Below, one piece after another: positions 39,215-53,245 of a stretch of DNA of 64,000 bases. The notes under the pieces were generated by a model. The model worked only from the letters and a program-made list of their open reading frames with translations. It was not told where the DNA came from and did not search any database. Each line of letters begins with the position of its first letter. The stretch's first letter is position 1. A program made the position numbers and the translations under genes. This stretch comes from Octopus sinensis (Eukaryota), in NCBI RefSeq assembly GCF_006345805.1, contig NC_042999.1, positions 155,434,001 through 155,498,000 on the forward strand, written 5' to 3'.

Positions 39215-39427
39215 GCCGTTCAAGAATTTGGACAAGGAGATCTCCATTTCCAGAAACTTCGAAGGCCACCTCCCAGTGGTGTCAGGCTTCAATGAAGAGC
39301 CCTCGACTACAACAAGACGACCAAAAATTTTTTGTTTCTTTTTTTCAAGGTCTGGGGTCTCCCGCTCCTAAGCCCTAGACCATCACCTAATCACCCTTAC
39401 CCGTCTTGTTGCTTAACAACAACAACA
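39215..39427 (+). mobile_element. Young 5'-truncated retroposed insertion with (CAA)n tail inside an S1 SINE
   Basis: Perfect 13-bp TSD acacgatgggctt at 39202-39214 and 39428-39440. Confidence 0.8.
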
Positions 39428-39658
39428 ACACGATGGGCTTCTTTCAGTTTTCTTCCACCGAATCCACTCACAAGGATTTGTTTGACCTAGGGCTATAGTA
39501 GAAGACACTTGCCCAAAATGTGCCATGCAGTGGGACTGAACCCGGAACCATGTGGTTGGGAAGCAAACTTCTTACCACACAGCCTAAACTAAAATACTTT
39601 GTATAGAATGACACTCACCGATATTGTTTTTGTTGCTACCATTGTCATCATCATCAGT

Positions 39659-39702
<44 letters not shown>

Positions 39703-41799
39703 AATCATCATCATTACCATCATTATTATCATCAGTTGTGGTATGTTGATGTCATGTCTCAGGTGATCGAGATCATTCGACTGGCTGCTGCTGATGTTGC
39801 TGCTCTATTTCATTACCTTTTGTAACAAAAGACTACATATTGTATTTTGTTTTGTGTGTGTGCGTGTGTATGTGTGTGTAGCAATGTGTGGAATGTTAAT
39901 CATGTTACTGGAATGTCTGCTTCAAATCATGAACTTATTTTTCACTTTCTGTTGTTTTTCTTCTTCACCTTTTATTTCTTTAAAATCTTATCATTTTGAT
40001 TGTTCTTTTCTGAGGTGAAATAATAATAATAATCATCATCATCATTATCGTTTTGATGTCCGTTTTCTGTGCTAGCATGGGTTGCACAGTTTGACTGAGG
40101 TCTGGAGAGCCAGTGGCTGCACTAGGTTCCACTCTGATCAGGCACTGTTTCTACAGCTCGATGCTCTTCCTAACACGCCAACCACTCCGAGAGTGTAGTG
40201 TGTGCTTTATACATGCCACCAGCACAGGAGCCAGCCAGGGGGCCCTGGCATCGATCACGTATGGAGAGTGCTTTTTACGTGCCACTGGCACAGGGGCCAG
40301 TCAGGGGGTACTGATATCACCCACGTTCAGGTGGTGCTTTTTACATACCACTAGCACAGGAGCCAGTCAGGGCTATGATATTGGTTTTACTTAACTGAAC
40401 AGATCTTCTCAAGCACATCATATCGCCCAACACATCAGGAGTACTCTTAACTGGGCCAGACATGCATGGCTGTGATCTCACTTTAGTTGCCAGGTCTTCT
40501 CAACCACAGCATATCTCCAAAGGTCTTGGTCTCCTGCCATTGTCACTGTGAGGCCCAATGTTCAAAGGTAGACCCAACAAATAAAAACACTAGTGAGATA
40601 TTGCAACTGAGAGATTAAAGTGTGCCCCAAAGCCAAGGTATATAACTCTGCTTGCCTCAGTCAGCTAAGCTAACAAGCGAGCAGGTAATACTGCTATTTC
40701 ATTTATGCATTTGTAGTTGGTAGTTTGTTGGTTCTTTAAAAGTATTCTGATCTCCATAATTAGCACAATTCTTCCATTCTTCTTAACATGTGAGAACCTA
40801 AAAATGAATGCAACTTGGCACTTTACAATAATTTCAAGAATAGGAGGCAAAGTGGCTGAGTTCCTTTTGAGCATTGGGCCTCAGGGACGCAATGTGGCTA
40901 AGCTCCTTTTGAGAATTGGGCCTCACAGAGGCAATGACCAAGACCTTTGGCATTATGTCATGCTTGAGAAGAAGACTCATCAAGCCGAGCAAAATCGCAG
41001 TCGTGGTACCAGTGTCATGCAAATGGCACCCATGCCAGTTGCACATAGAATTACTCATTACACTCTCAGAGTGGTTGGTATTAGGAAGGGCATCTTGACA
41101 TAGAAATCTATGCCAAATCAGACTGGAGTCTGGTGCAGCCTTCCAACTTGCCAGCCCTGGTCAAACCTGCCAACCCATGACAGCACAGACAACAGACATT
41201 AAATGATGATGATGATGATGATGATGAATGGACATGACAAAATCATTAGAAATATATAGAACCAGTTTTACTACACTAGCATGGGTTAGATGGAGGAGAA
41301 GGATATTTGAGACAGGGTTTTACACACACACTCACACACACACATATATGCCAGGCTCAAAAATCAAAGTACTGGGTTCAATTTGTTCAACTAAAATTCT
41401 TCAAGTCAGTGCCCCAGAATGGCCTCAGTCTAATGATTGAAACATATAAAAGACAAAAGAGTTGAGTCCCACTATGTAGCACCTTGGGCAAGTGTCTTCT
41501 ACTATAGCCTCGGGCTGACAAAAGCCTTGTGAGTGGATTTGGTAGATGGAAACTGAAAGAAGCCTGTCATATATATTTGTGTGTGTCTGTGTTTGTTCTC
41601 CCCTCCATCACTTGACAACTGATGTTGGTGTGCTTATGTCCCGTAACTTAGCGGTTTGGCAAAAGACCCTAACAGAAAAAAGTACTAGGCTTACAAAGAA
41701 TAAGTCCTGGGCTTCATTTGTTCAACTAAAGGCAGTGCTCCAGCATGGCTGCAATCAAATGGCTGAAACAAGTAAAAGGATAAAAGTAAATGAATAAAA

Positions 41800-41842
<43 letters not shown>

Positions 41843-42199
41843 TACATATATATAAAAAATACAAAATGGGACAAAAACACAAAACATCCAGATAGGTGAT
41901 ACAAAAAAGGAACAACAAAATATCCAGATAGATGATACAAAGAAAACAAGGACGGGTCACTTGGAGTTTTCTTTCCTCAGTCAAGTTCTAGATTATCTTT
42001 GCAATTTCAGCTGGTTATACTCGAGATTGCTCCAATCTGGCCAGCCTCAAGGAAAAACTAAGCTAAGAGCATTAGATTCCTTGGAAGAAAGCAGCGAATG
42101 TCTATGGAAACAAGGACACAAAAAAAATGGATAATGTTACACAAATACAAATAACAGGACATAACAACAGGTATTTTTCAACTAAGGACTTATACACAT

Positions 42200-42362
42200 A
42201 TAAGTGAGAACTGTTCCTGTTATTGTAGGTGCCCTAGGTATGATAAAAAAGTAATGTCAGAAGCATCTAGATAACATCCCAGGAGAACCATGTCTCAGAG
42301 AAATCCAAAAGATTGTGCTGACAAGTACTGCCCACATCTTTAGAAAAACCCTGTCAATTTAA
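42200..42362 (+). mobile_element. REL LINE 3' fragment
   Basis: TVPVIVGALGMIKK...[28 protein letters not shown]. Confidence 0.7.
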
Positions 42363-42382
42363 ATGTCTGTGTTGTATTATAT

Positions 42383-43844
42383 GAGCAGAAAGGTTGCAAG
42401 CGTAAGTGCAGAGGTACCAAGGATCAACTTTTGATAGACAAAACTGTACTTAGAGACTGCAAGAAGAGGAAAAGTAACTTAGCCACGTCATGGATCGACT
42501 ATCATAAGGCATATGATATGATCCCACATTCTTGGATTATGGAATGTATGAACCTATTTGGTATTGTATCGAATGTTGAGCGATTGCTTGGAAAAAGTGT
42601 GGTGAATTGGAGGACGGACCTGATGGCATACGGAAGAAGTTTAGAGACAGTAGAAATCAGGAGGGGCATCTTCCAAGGGAACTGCTTGTCTCCACTGATC
42701 TTTGTACTGTGCTTGATGCCGCAATGTATTCAAAAGCTGCCAACAAGAAGTCAACCATTTGTTATTCATGGATGACCTCAAACTTTATGGTAAAGATGAA
42801 GCCCAAGTCAGTTCCCTCATCGATACAATGCATACCTTCTGATATCAGAATGGAGTTCAGACTGAGAAAGTGTGGTGTGTTAGTCTTAAAGATAGGCAAA
42901 ATCAAATGTATGGACAGGCTAACGATACTGTTGGGGGAGGTTATGAAGCAAGTAGAAGAGACAGGCTATAAGTACTTGGGGATATTGGAAATGGATAGAT
43001 TGATGGAGAAAGAAATGTCAGAAAAATATAAGGTGGAGTACTTGCGCAGACTGAGACTGATCCTTAAGTTGAAATTAAACGGACGGAATAAGATTGAAGC
43101 TATCAACACCTGGGTGGCTTCACTCCTTAGATATGGAGCAGGGGTAATCACATGGACAGTAAATGATCTAAACTGCTTAGACAGAAAGACAAGGAAGTTA
43201 CTAACCAGGTATGGAACACTCCACCCAAAAAGGGACACAGACAGACTGTATGTACCAAGAAAAAGAGAGGGAAGAGGACTTATTGGATGTGAACACAGCA
43301 TTAGAGCGGAAGAAAACAACAGAGCATGTCCATTGGACACTCTACAAGTATGGACTTGACAGAGCAAAAACTTGGTACAACCACAAACCTGAAGGCATAA
43401 TCGAAAATAGATATGCAAAGAGCCTATGGGATTTTATGATTCAGTGCGACCATGAGATAGAGAATAGGAAACCAGACATAGTCTTAATTGAGAGGGAAAG
43501 CAAACTATCATAGATATAGCATGACCAGCTGACAACAAGGTATGCGATAAGGAAGAAAGAAAAGTCGATAGATATGACAGATTATTTTGGGAGGTTAAAC
43601 AGTTGTGGTTGATGAAAAAGTTGGTAGTAGTACTGATAATTGTCGGAGCCCTGGGAACAGTAAGTAAAAATCTTGAGAAGTACATGGAACAAATAAGGGT
43701 GAAGCACTTGCAGAAAACAGCACTGCTTGGAACTGCTTGAATACTCTGGAAGGTGCTCGAAAATTAAGGGCTGTTACCTTAGTTTACTGATAGTGAACAG
43801 CTGACACTGTAGTACATCTCCAGCGTTAGAAGCTGTGCAAAGGC

Positions 43845-43870
<26 letters not shown>
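42383..43870 (+). mobile_element. Degenerate R4/Dong-like non-LTR retrotransposon (RT + REL), 5'-truncated, with (TAA)n tail
   Basis: [57 protein letters not shown]; frameshifts, stops and internal deletions; (AAT)n run from 43848. Confidence 0.9.
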
Positions 43871-43888
<18 letters not shown>

Positions 43889-45224
43889 GATAATAATAGT
43901 TGTAGTAGTAGTAGTAATAAAAATAATAATAATGATAATAATAATATGGAAACTGTGCCTGATATTGGAGGACCTCTAGGGATAATTGAGGAACCCCACC
44001 ATCCAAGATCACCCTGAATACCAACGACAAGTGCCCCCTCAAACTCCTTTCCTCCAATTCACAGGTCTATACTGAGTGTGGTACCATCCTGGGTTTTAAT
44101 TTTGCGTAACTTTATTTGATTTTTATAAATGAAGAATCTGGTGTGTTTATTTCAGTGGCTTATCAATGTACATAGTGAGTTTCTTTGCCCCAGGTGTTAG
44201 GAAGACACTCAGCAAGATAGAAAGAAGATTGAAGGAAGAAGAAAAGCACATAATAATGATGAGGATGATGATGATACTGATAATCAGAAATGGAGATTTG
44301 AAACTGGAAACACATGGTAGAATCATCGGGTTGAAAGAGTACTGGAGTTGGAGAAATGTAAGATCTTGTGAGATTTTCCTATTCAAATGGACAAGAAGTT
44401 AAAAAATAACAGACCAGAAATAACAATTTTGATAAGGAAAAGCGAAGTTGCTTACTTATCACTCCATGATGCCCATTTGATTCCAGGATTGTAATGAAAG
44501 AGGGTGAAAACCCAAAAAAATACAATTGCCTAAAATGCAGTACATTGTATTTTGTCTGTGCAAAAACACGGTATTTTTATCTCTTCATTATCAGGGATTG
44601 GAGAAGGGGCTGGGGCATACGATTGAAATACTTTGGATGAAATACTTTGGATGAAATACTTTGGATGAAATGAAAAGAAATAGTGGCACATTTCAATAGT
44701 ATTAGTTGTTGGTGTTCTGAGCTAAAGCCATTCCCAAATTCTCATTTGTGCCCAAATATTACAAAGTATTTCAATATTAAAGTAACAAGATGGTGAAACA
44801 AGAATGTGAATAAGTGAATGCATGATGAGAAAAAATATTGTTAAACTTCAAAACATGCTCAGAACTTTCTCACTCCCTCTCTTTCTCATTCCCTCTCTTT
44901 CTCACTTCCTCTCTTTCTCCCTTTCTCTCTTACTCACCCCTCTCTTTCTCACTCCTTCTCTTTCTCACTCCCTCTCTTTCTGTTACTCCTTTTCTCCCTC
45001 TTTCACTCACTATCACTTTCTTTCTCTTTCTCCTCCTCTCTCTCAACTACATTCTCACTCCCCTCCCTCTCCCCTCACCACCCTCCCCCTCTCTCTTGTG
45101 AAATCTTTATGTCTAAGTGTTTACAGTGATGCCATCCATCACTGCTCATCATAAAGAAATAAAACAGATTGAAACAGCTGAATGCAAAACAATCTCCTAC
45201 ACTCTCCAACTATTATCCTGGTTT

Positions 45225-45720
45225 CTTCTGTGAAATATCATTTAAAAGCATTCTTTAAAAAAATAAACATAGAAAATTTCATCCAGAGAATGAGATTGAA
45301 AGCCTAAGTCTTTGATAAGAGAGAACCAGGTACAGATGGGTGAGATTAGTATGGAACCAAGACACTCAAAAATCCAGCTCCAAACAAACATCTGGAATTA
45401 TTTGAAATGGATTTATTTAATCTAATAAGAAATGTCAAGTTCTGGAAACTGAACAACAAATTCCAGGGCCATTTAAAAGAGTAACAGGAATTTCTAGGCT
45501 AACCAAGATAAGATATCTATTAATTCTGATAAAAACATAGAAGTCTTTATCGTTTAGATTAAAAGAAAAAAATGTTTATAAAGATTATTATCTCATTGCA
45601 TCTCCAGAACATATATGTATAAAAAAATTCCATGTTGATATTTATAATTGTATTAACCTAGAAGTTAAGGATTTCACAACCACTCTCAAAATAGATGACA
45701 GCAAAATACGCAGTCCTCTC
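45225..45720 (+). mobile_element. Penelope-like element ORF N-terminal fragment (degenerate)
   Basis: FIQRMRLKA...KTLKNPAPNKHLELFEMDLFNLIRNVKFWKLNNKFQGHLK...INSDK, resembling the region upstream of the RT in Penelope-like elements. Confidence 0.6.
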
Positions 45721-45897
45721 TGCTCACCTCATATCACACATCATCATCATCATCATCATCTTCATCATTTAACGTCTGTTTTCCATGGTGGCATGGATTG
45801 GATGGTTTGACAGGAGCTAGCAAGCTGGAGAGCTGCACCAGGCTCCAATTATCTGTTTTCCAATCTCTTGTGGTTGTATTAATCTCTTTCACACATA

Positions 45898-45929
<32 letters not shown>

Positions 45930-46589
45930 CCTTTCACTTTAATTACACTCTATTTTGTTACCCTTCTGTTCCTCTCTCACTAGTACTCTATATTATTTTC
46001 TCTTGTATCACCTCATACTGTGGTCCTTTCTCTTGTATCACCCACTTGATCTGATTTTTCTCTATTATTCCTTCTTGATCATGTTGCTTTTACTCAACCT
46101 CCTCACCAACAACTCTCATGCAGCTCTCTTACATTCTTTTCTCTTTAATTATACTTTCTACTTTCTCTCCCCACTCACTTCTAATATTCTGGTCTTTTTC
46201 CATTACTCTTTCTTCTATCAGGCTTCCACTTTAGTTCTCCTATCACCTAGTTGTTGAGTGAAAGAAATGAATGACAAGGTACGACACAGAGACGTCTCAC
46301 TTTAGCCTTGCTGGAGGTGGGGGTCACTTTAGTGCATATGATGCAGAGCACAGAGTAGTCTTTGGTTTTACTTGAGACATGGCAATCTCTGTAGTGATGG
46401 TGCTATGATAAAATGCAGCCCAATACACTCTGGAAAGTGGCTGGTGTTAGGAAGGGCATCCAGCTGAAAAACTACACCCACAATGTAACATATGAGTAAG
46501 ATGTTGTCTTCTACTCATCTAGAAGAATAATAACTCCAAATATGATTTGGTTCAGACCATAATGATCTGTCCAACTTATCATAGAAAGC

Positions 46590-47010
46590 AGGCATGAAGA
46601 TGGTGGTGACAATGATGATGACGAAGATGATGATGATGATAATGATAATGATGACGACGACGACGACGATGATAATGATGATGATGATGACGACGACGAC
46701 AATGATGAAGATGAAGATGATGATGATGGTGGTGGTGACTGATGATGATGATGATGATGATGCTGATGATGAAGATGACAACGATGATGATGAAGATTAT
46801 AATAATGATGATGATGATGATGACGAAGATGATGATGATGATAATAATGATGATGATGAAGATGATGATGCTGATGGTGGTGGTGACAATGATGATGATG
46901 ATGATGAAGATGGTGATGATGATTATGATGATGACGATGGCAATGATGATGATGATGACAATGATGGTGATGATGATGATGATGATGGTGACAATGATGG
47001 TGATGAATTA
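46590..47010. repeat. Degenerate (GAT)n trinucleotide tract
   Basis: Seen directly; produces poly-Asp and poly-Met ORFs. Confidence 0.9.
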
Positions 47011-47382
47011 ACTAATGGAAGGAATAACACCTAAACAAATTAATTATGCAAATTTACGAAAGGAAATTCTGAATGGATTATTTTATTCAGAAACTTTTTG
47101 TTGCTGCTTAACCCCAGGACAGTGAACACCTAACAGATCTTTCATCAAAATGCTCCAGCTGTGAACATCCTGTTCTCATTTCTGACACAGTGAATCTTGG
47201 ACTACATTACTCAATGTGTTTCCTTTTTTTAAAAGAGCGAGGGACAATTGGCTGTGATTTCTATCAAGTTCAGGGAACATGTTCTAATGCTGGTTTGCTT
47301 TAAGGAATTCCTGATCATTTTAACAACTACAAATTACACATGCATGCTTGCTAGCACACACACACACACACACACCATTATC

Positions 47383-47423
<41 letters not shown>

Positions 47424-49770
47424 CATCATCATCATTTAACATCCCTGTTCCATGCTGGCGTGGTTGGACTGGGGGCTCATACAGAAACATATATATACAT
47501 ACATGCATATATGTGTGTGTGTGTCTGTGTGTGTGTGTATATAAAGACAAAATGAAAATGGAGATAATTATGTATAATAGTATGTCCTGCAAAGAACATC
47601 ACTTTGAAATCCATTTTCGCCATTGCAAAAGATTCTAAGATTCTTTTGTTTTCCTAAACATTTCCTCTTTAACCAATTCCTTATTTGGCAACAAATTAGC
47701 ATAATACAGCAGAACATTTCTGGCTCATTACAAATCAATTTCTTTAACGAGAGAAAAGAATGACAATTATGTTTACATATATGTATAACTAATGACATAC
47801 ACAGTTAGCAAAATGGTTGGTTATAGCTTTTACACGTGTAGGATCTAATAGACATTTTGTACTATTAACACAGTATGTGGCTTAGAATATACCAAGACAC
47901 AGTTTTTGGCACAGCAGGTATAGTATTAGTTTCGAATTTTGGCACAAGGCCAGCAATTTATGGTGGGGGTGTTAGTTTGGCTACATCCACGCTGTTGGGA
48001 GGTAGGTTTGGAGAGGGCTCAGGCCAAAATTACACATCCTTCCCCTCCATTGGTCAGTTGAAGCTTAGATAGTGTCACATGACAGTTAGCTGGTGCTGGC
48101 TGCTGGAGCCTACCAGCGAGTATTTAAAGGGATATTTGGTGAGATGGTCATTTGCCCACTGACATTCGTTGACATTGCATCGAAGAAACCAACAAACAAA
48201 AGGCCAAAGGACAAAAGAGAAAGGAAAAATGCACTCAACACTAGAGCTGAAGACACTTTCGAAAGGCAGGGAGGTGCCACGTCAAAAATGGTAGAGGAGT
48301 AGGGGCCAAAACCAGACATGGTTCCTCTTGATGATGTCTTTAGCCACTGGATCCTATAAAGGAGCTGTTGAGGTAGCGAACCATGAAATGTGGTTGGAAT
48401 TCATTCCCTTACTCTACTTTTTTCTTTACTCTTTTACTTGTTTCAGTCACTTGCCAGCAGCCATGCTGGAGCACCACCTTTAGTTGAACAAATCAACCCC
48501 AGGACTTATTCTTTGTAAGCCTAGTACTTATCTTGTCAGGCTCTTTTGCCAAACCGCTAAGTTACAGGGACATAGATACACCAACATCGGTTATCAAGTG
48601 ATGGTAGGGGGGACAAACACACACATACACACACTCACACACATATATACATATATATGATGGGCTTCTTTCAGTTTTCATCTACCAAATCCACTCACAA
48701 GGCTTTGGTTGGCCTGAGGCTATAGCGGAAGAGACTTGCCCAAGGTGCCATGCAGTGGGACTGAACCTGGAACCATGTGGTTGGTAAGTAAGTAGCTTGC
48801 TACTTACCACACAGCCACTCCTGACTAGTACTTATTTTATTGACCCCAGAAAGATGAAAAACACAGTCAAACTCAGTGGAATTTGAACTCAGAACACAAA
48901 ACTGGACGAAATAAGGGTTAAACATTTTGCCAGGTACGCTAGCATTTCTGCCAGCTTGCCACCCTCAGCAGGTATATTATTAAGTGTGAAATTTGATAGG
49001 TGGTGGTAAACCAAATAGTTATGTGAACTGGAAGCCATCATCATCATCATCATCATCAGCATTTGATGTTCATTTTCCATGCTGGTATGGGTTGAATGCT
49101 TTGATAGGAGCAACCTAGCTGGAGAACTGCACCAGGATTCACTTCTCTGTTTTGATTTTATTTCTTTTCATAAAACAGAAAATGTGATTTAAAGGAGATT
49201 TGGCTGTTATTTCTAGCAAGTTGAGCGGCTGCTTTAAAAACTGCCCCTACAACAGCCTCATTAACTAAGACAATTATGATGATGTTCATATCCTGTAATT
49301 GAAACATATGGCATCGATTTAATAAAGAGCAGTGTTCATGTTTACCTCATTTATAATAAGTTGCACACGCAGTTTCAATACCCAGAGCAAGCATATTGCA
49401 TCGGGTTACAAAACAAAACGTCAACATGAATACTCTCACACATATGCATGTGCACACACATACATACACCCACTAACACCCAGCCACATACAAACACAAA
49501 CATATACATATATGCACACGTAAAAGCACACACACACATACATGTATATGTGTGTATATATATATATATTATATATATATATATATATTATATATATATA
49601 TATGTAAATGTATATATTTATATTTGTATATATAAATATGTATATGTGCTTGTGTATGTGTGTCTATATATATACTTATGTATTTATGTATATATATGCT
49701 TAAACGATGATGATATATGTATGTATATATATATATATTTAACTATATATATATGTATGTGTGTATATAT

Positions 49771-49803
<33 letters not shown>

Positions 49804-49810
49804 ATATATA

Positions 49811-49872
<62 letters not shown>

Positions 49873-49898
49873 GTATATATGTCACCTCCAAACCTAAC

Positions 49899-49943
<45 letters not shown>

Positions 49944-50019
49944 ATACACACACACACACAAACATATGCATATATAAACCAGCTTAAAATAACATTGTTA
50001 CGCAACTTGCACAACATCT

Positions 50020-50509
50020 TCCTAGAATTTCTTTCCCATTAACTCTTCTGCCGCCAACCAACCTCAATACCATCCTTCCTTAACTATTACCATTCTCACA
50101 TCAGTGTCTACAGTTTACCAAAAGACACATTTTTTGCGTGGTAAACCTAAAACATAACAAGGTTTAATATAAAACAATACAAATTAATAGTTGTTAGTGG
50201 TTCCTTTACCGAAATCTTGTTAACTGTCTCTCTTACTAGGAAGACTTTGAAGATTTTGAAGACTTGTTTTCTTTTCATATATATGTTTTATTCTAAGCGT
50301 GTTGGAATCTCTACCTGCTGTGTATAACTGGCTTCCATCATATACACCCAAATATACACCCCCTGATAAACTTTCATACACACCCACATTTATCTGTGTG
50401 TGTACATAGATGTGTGTGAGTGTGTTTATGCATGTGAATGTGCATATATCATATGTCCTGTCATGCGTATATGTGTGTATACATGTGTGTGTATGTGAAT
50501 ATATGTCTA

Positions 50510-50546
<37 letters not shown>

Positions 50547-52000
50547 GCTGTTGATACATACTTATATATATTTATGTATACATACATACATATATATATA
50601 TAAATCTGCTAGATCTCACTCATAAGGGAATCTTACATTTCTTATAAACTCTATATTTGGAAGGACCCATTTTAAACTCTGTTGGACCTTTGAACTCTAC
50701 TCATAGGATATTGGAATATTGCATATATACCATTATGCCTAAAAAATGGATTTACAATTTTAATACCCATGCATATCTTGCATCTGTTTTCTTTCCTCCA
50801 CCTCACTCTCTATTTTGTATCACATCTAAACTAACTATGACTTAACTATCCTCTCACACCGTCTCCGTTGAAGGGATATGGTTAATAAATATCCTGGAAA
50901 CAGCTGTAAGACCTTCTATCTATAAATGTTCTAATATCTACACAGCTTTGGTTTTTTTATCTTATTACAGAAAAAATTCATATATACACACGCTGACATA
51001 GAACCAACGTTGAACCCTTTATTTGCAATATTACCGAATCTGGAACTTAATTATGGTCTGTCTATAGCACTTATTCAACATTACCTGACACCTTTGGGTT
51101 TCAATGGCACCATTATCTCTTATAAAACTCAACTTCTCGGTATTATATATATATGTATATATATAAAATCAAAATAAGCAACAGGATATCAAGAAGTGAT
51201 GCAATACAATCGTTTCAAGCAGCTCCATTTAATTGAACAATGCAATCATTATGTCAATTTAAATGCAGGGCTATCCTCAGCTGCACAAATGAATAAATAG
51301 AATTTCAATCAGTCGGACACATTAATATAATTTTACTCAAATACTTTAATAGAGCAAGAAGTTAGAAAAAATCCATGTTGTCACTATTGTAGGTAAGAAT
51401 ATGCTATGTTTCCAAGAAATGTATGAAGTATGTTGGAGTCATAGCTTGTAAAGGATTGTGGTTCACTTTTAATTTATTAGTCTTTTTATCAACTACTAAA
51501 TCTAAGACTAGAGGATTGTGTCTGATTAGAACGAAGGGCAGGAGTGCATTGACAGCTCATAGCTGGGTATAGTCATAAATATTGTCAAGATTTTAGGAGT
51601 AGTATAAAGTAACTGTCTATAAAGGAGGCTGGGTAGGGGAAGACCCCAAATCAAGATGTTAATTACCAGTTAAAGGGGCAAGGCGCTAATAAAACCTATG
51701 ATGTCAATACAGAGGAAATTTTATCATGGGGTACTATGGGTGATTGCATATAAACAATATTGTTATGTTGTATAAAGATAAAATTTAAGATTATCAAATA
51801 TGACATCATAACCAAAATAGATAAAATGTGTATATATACCAATTTTCAACACTAAACAAGGAAGATTACATAGAATCAGTTTAATATTCACTCATGTATT
51901 TAATTATTTACTTATTAGGTGGTTTCTATAAAGACTGCTCTAGGCATTTACTTATGGAATACTGTAAAGATAAACATGCTATCTGTATATTAATTATAAG
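50020..52000. mobile_element. Probable old Penelope-like element relics, including a hammerhead-like remnant at 50861-50912
   Basis: gtct...GGGATAT/ATATCCT...GAAA-CAGCTG-TA-agac; weak ORF-end-like remnants on the minus strand. Confidence 0.35.
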
Positions 52001-52029
52001 CTAAGAATCAGAAAAAAATAAAATAAAAG

Positions 52030-52078
<49 letters not shown>

Positions 52079-52349
52079 TTACATAAATTCCAATTCAACT
52101 TACTTTCTTCTTCAATTTCAACTCTCGATCGATGCCCGCAGCAAGTTCTTAAAAATTTATCTTACTATTTTTATTCGTTGTTACTACGTTTATTCATACA
52201 TTGTTATGAAAATTTAACCTTTTTAGGCTACTTTCAAGCCTTCGCCATAACTTGATTTATCTTTCCTATCTCTCTCTCTACAAAATTTAACCTTAGGCTA
52301 CCTCAAGCGTAATCCCATCTCTTCCCATCTTTCCGCCATTGGCGGTGCA

Positions 52350-53245
52350 CCCGCCCCCCCCCCCCACCCCCAGCACCAATACCGATGAACCCGCCCCCCC
52401 ACCCCCAGCACCATACCGATGAACCCGCCCCCCCCCACCCCCACCACCAATACCGATGAACCCGCCCCCCCACCCCCAGCACCATACCGATGAACCCGCC
52501 CCCCCACCCCCAGCACCAATACCGATGAACCCGCCCCCCCACCCCCAGCACCAATACCGATGAACCCGCCCCCCCACCCCCAGCACCAATACCGATGAAC
52601 CCGCCCCCCCCACCCCCAGCACCAATACCGATGAACCCGCCCCCCACCCCCAGCACCAATCCGATGAACCCGCCCCCCACCCCCAGCACCAATACCGATG
52701 AACCCGCCCCTCCACCCCCAGCACCAATACGATGAACCCGCCCCCCACCCCCAGCACCAATACCGATGAACCCGCCCCCCCCACCCCCAGCACCATACCG
52801 ATGAACCGCCCCCCACCCCCGCACCAATACCGATGAACCCGCCCCCCACCCCCAGCACCAATACGATGAACCCCCCCACCCCCAGCACCAATACCGATGA
52901 ACCCGCCCCCCCCACCCCCACCACCAATACCGATGAACCCGCCCCCCCCCACCCCCACCACCAATACCGATGAACCCGCCCCCCCACCCCCACCACCAAT
53001 ACCGATGAACCCGCCCCCCACCCCCACCACCAATACCGATGAACCCGCCCCCCCACCCCCAGCACCAATACCGATGAACCCGCCCCCCACCCCCACCACC
53101 AATACGATGAACCGGCCCCCACCCCCACCACCAATACCGATGAACACTGTTCTCACCCCCCACCACCAATACCGGTGAACTCTGTTCTCACCACCACCAC
53201 CACCAATACCGGTGAACACTGTTCTCACCCCCACCACCAATACCA
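52350..53245. repeat. C-rich/G-rich ~34-bp minisatellite (copy 1), about 23 core units
   Basis: Unit agcaccaataccgatgaacccg(c)n-a-ccccc; the last units diverge (gtgaacactgttctc). Confidence 0.95.

Noticed and set aside
41950-42010. Hammerhead-like CTGAGGA on the minus strand
   Set aside because: No GAAA box and no stem I pairing.
46511-47034. Asp-rich 146-aa ORF resembling acidic biomineralisation proteins
   Set aside because: A (GAT)n tract open in several frames, with no signal peptide or splice support.
52350-53245. CRISPR-like array of ~34-bp repeats
   Set aside because: No unique spacers, no cas genes, eukaryotic context.
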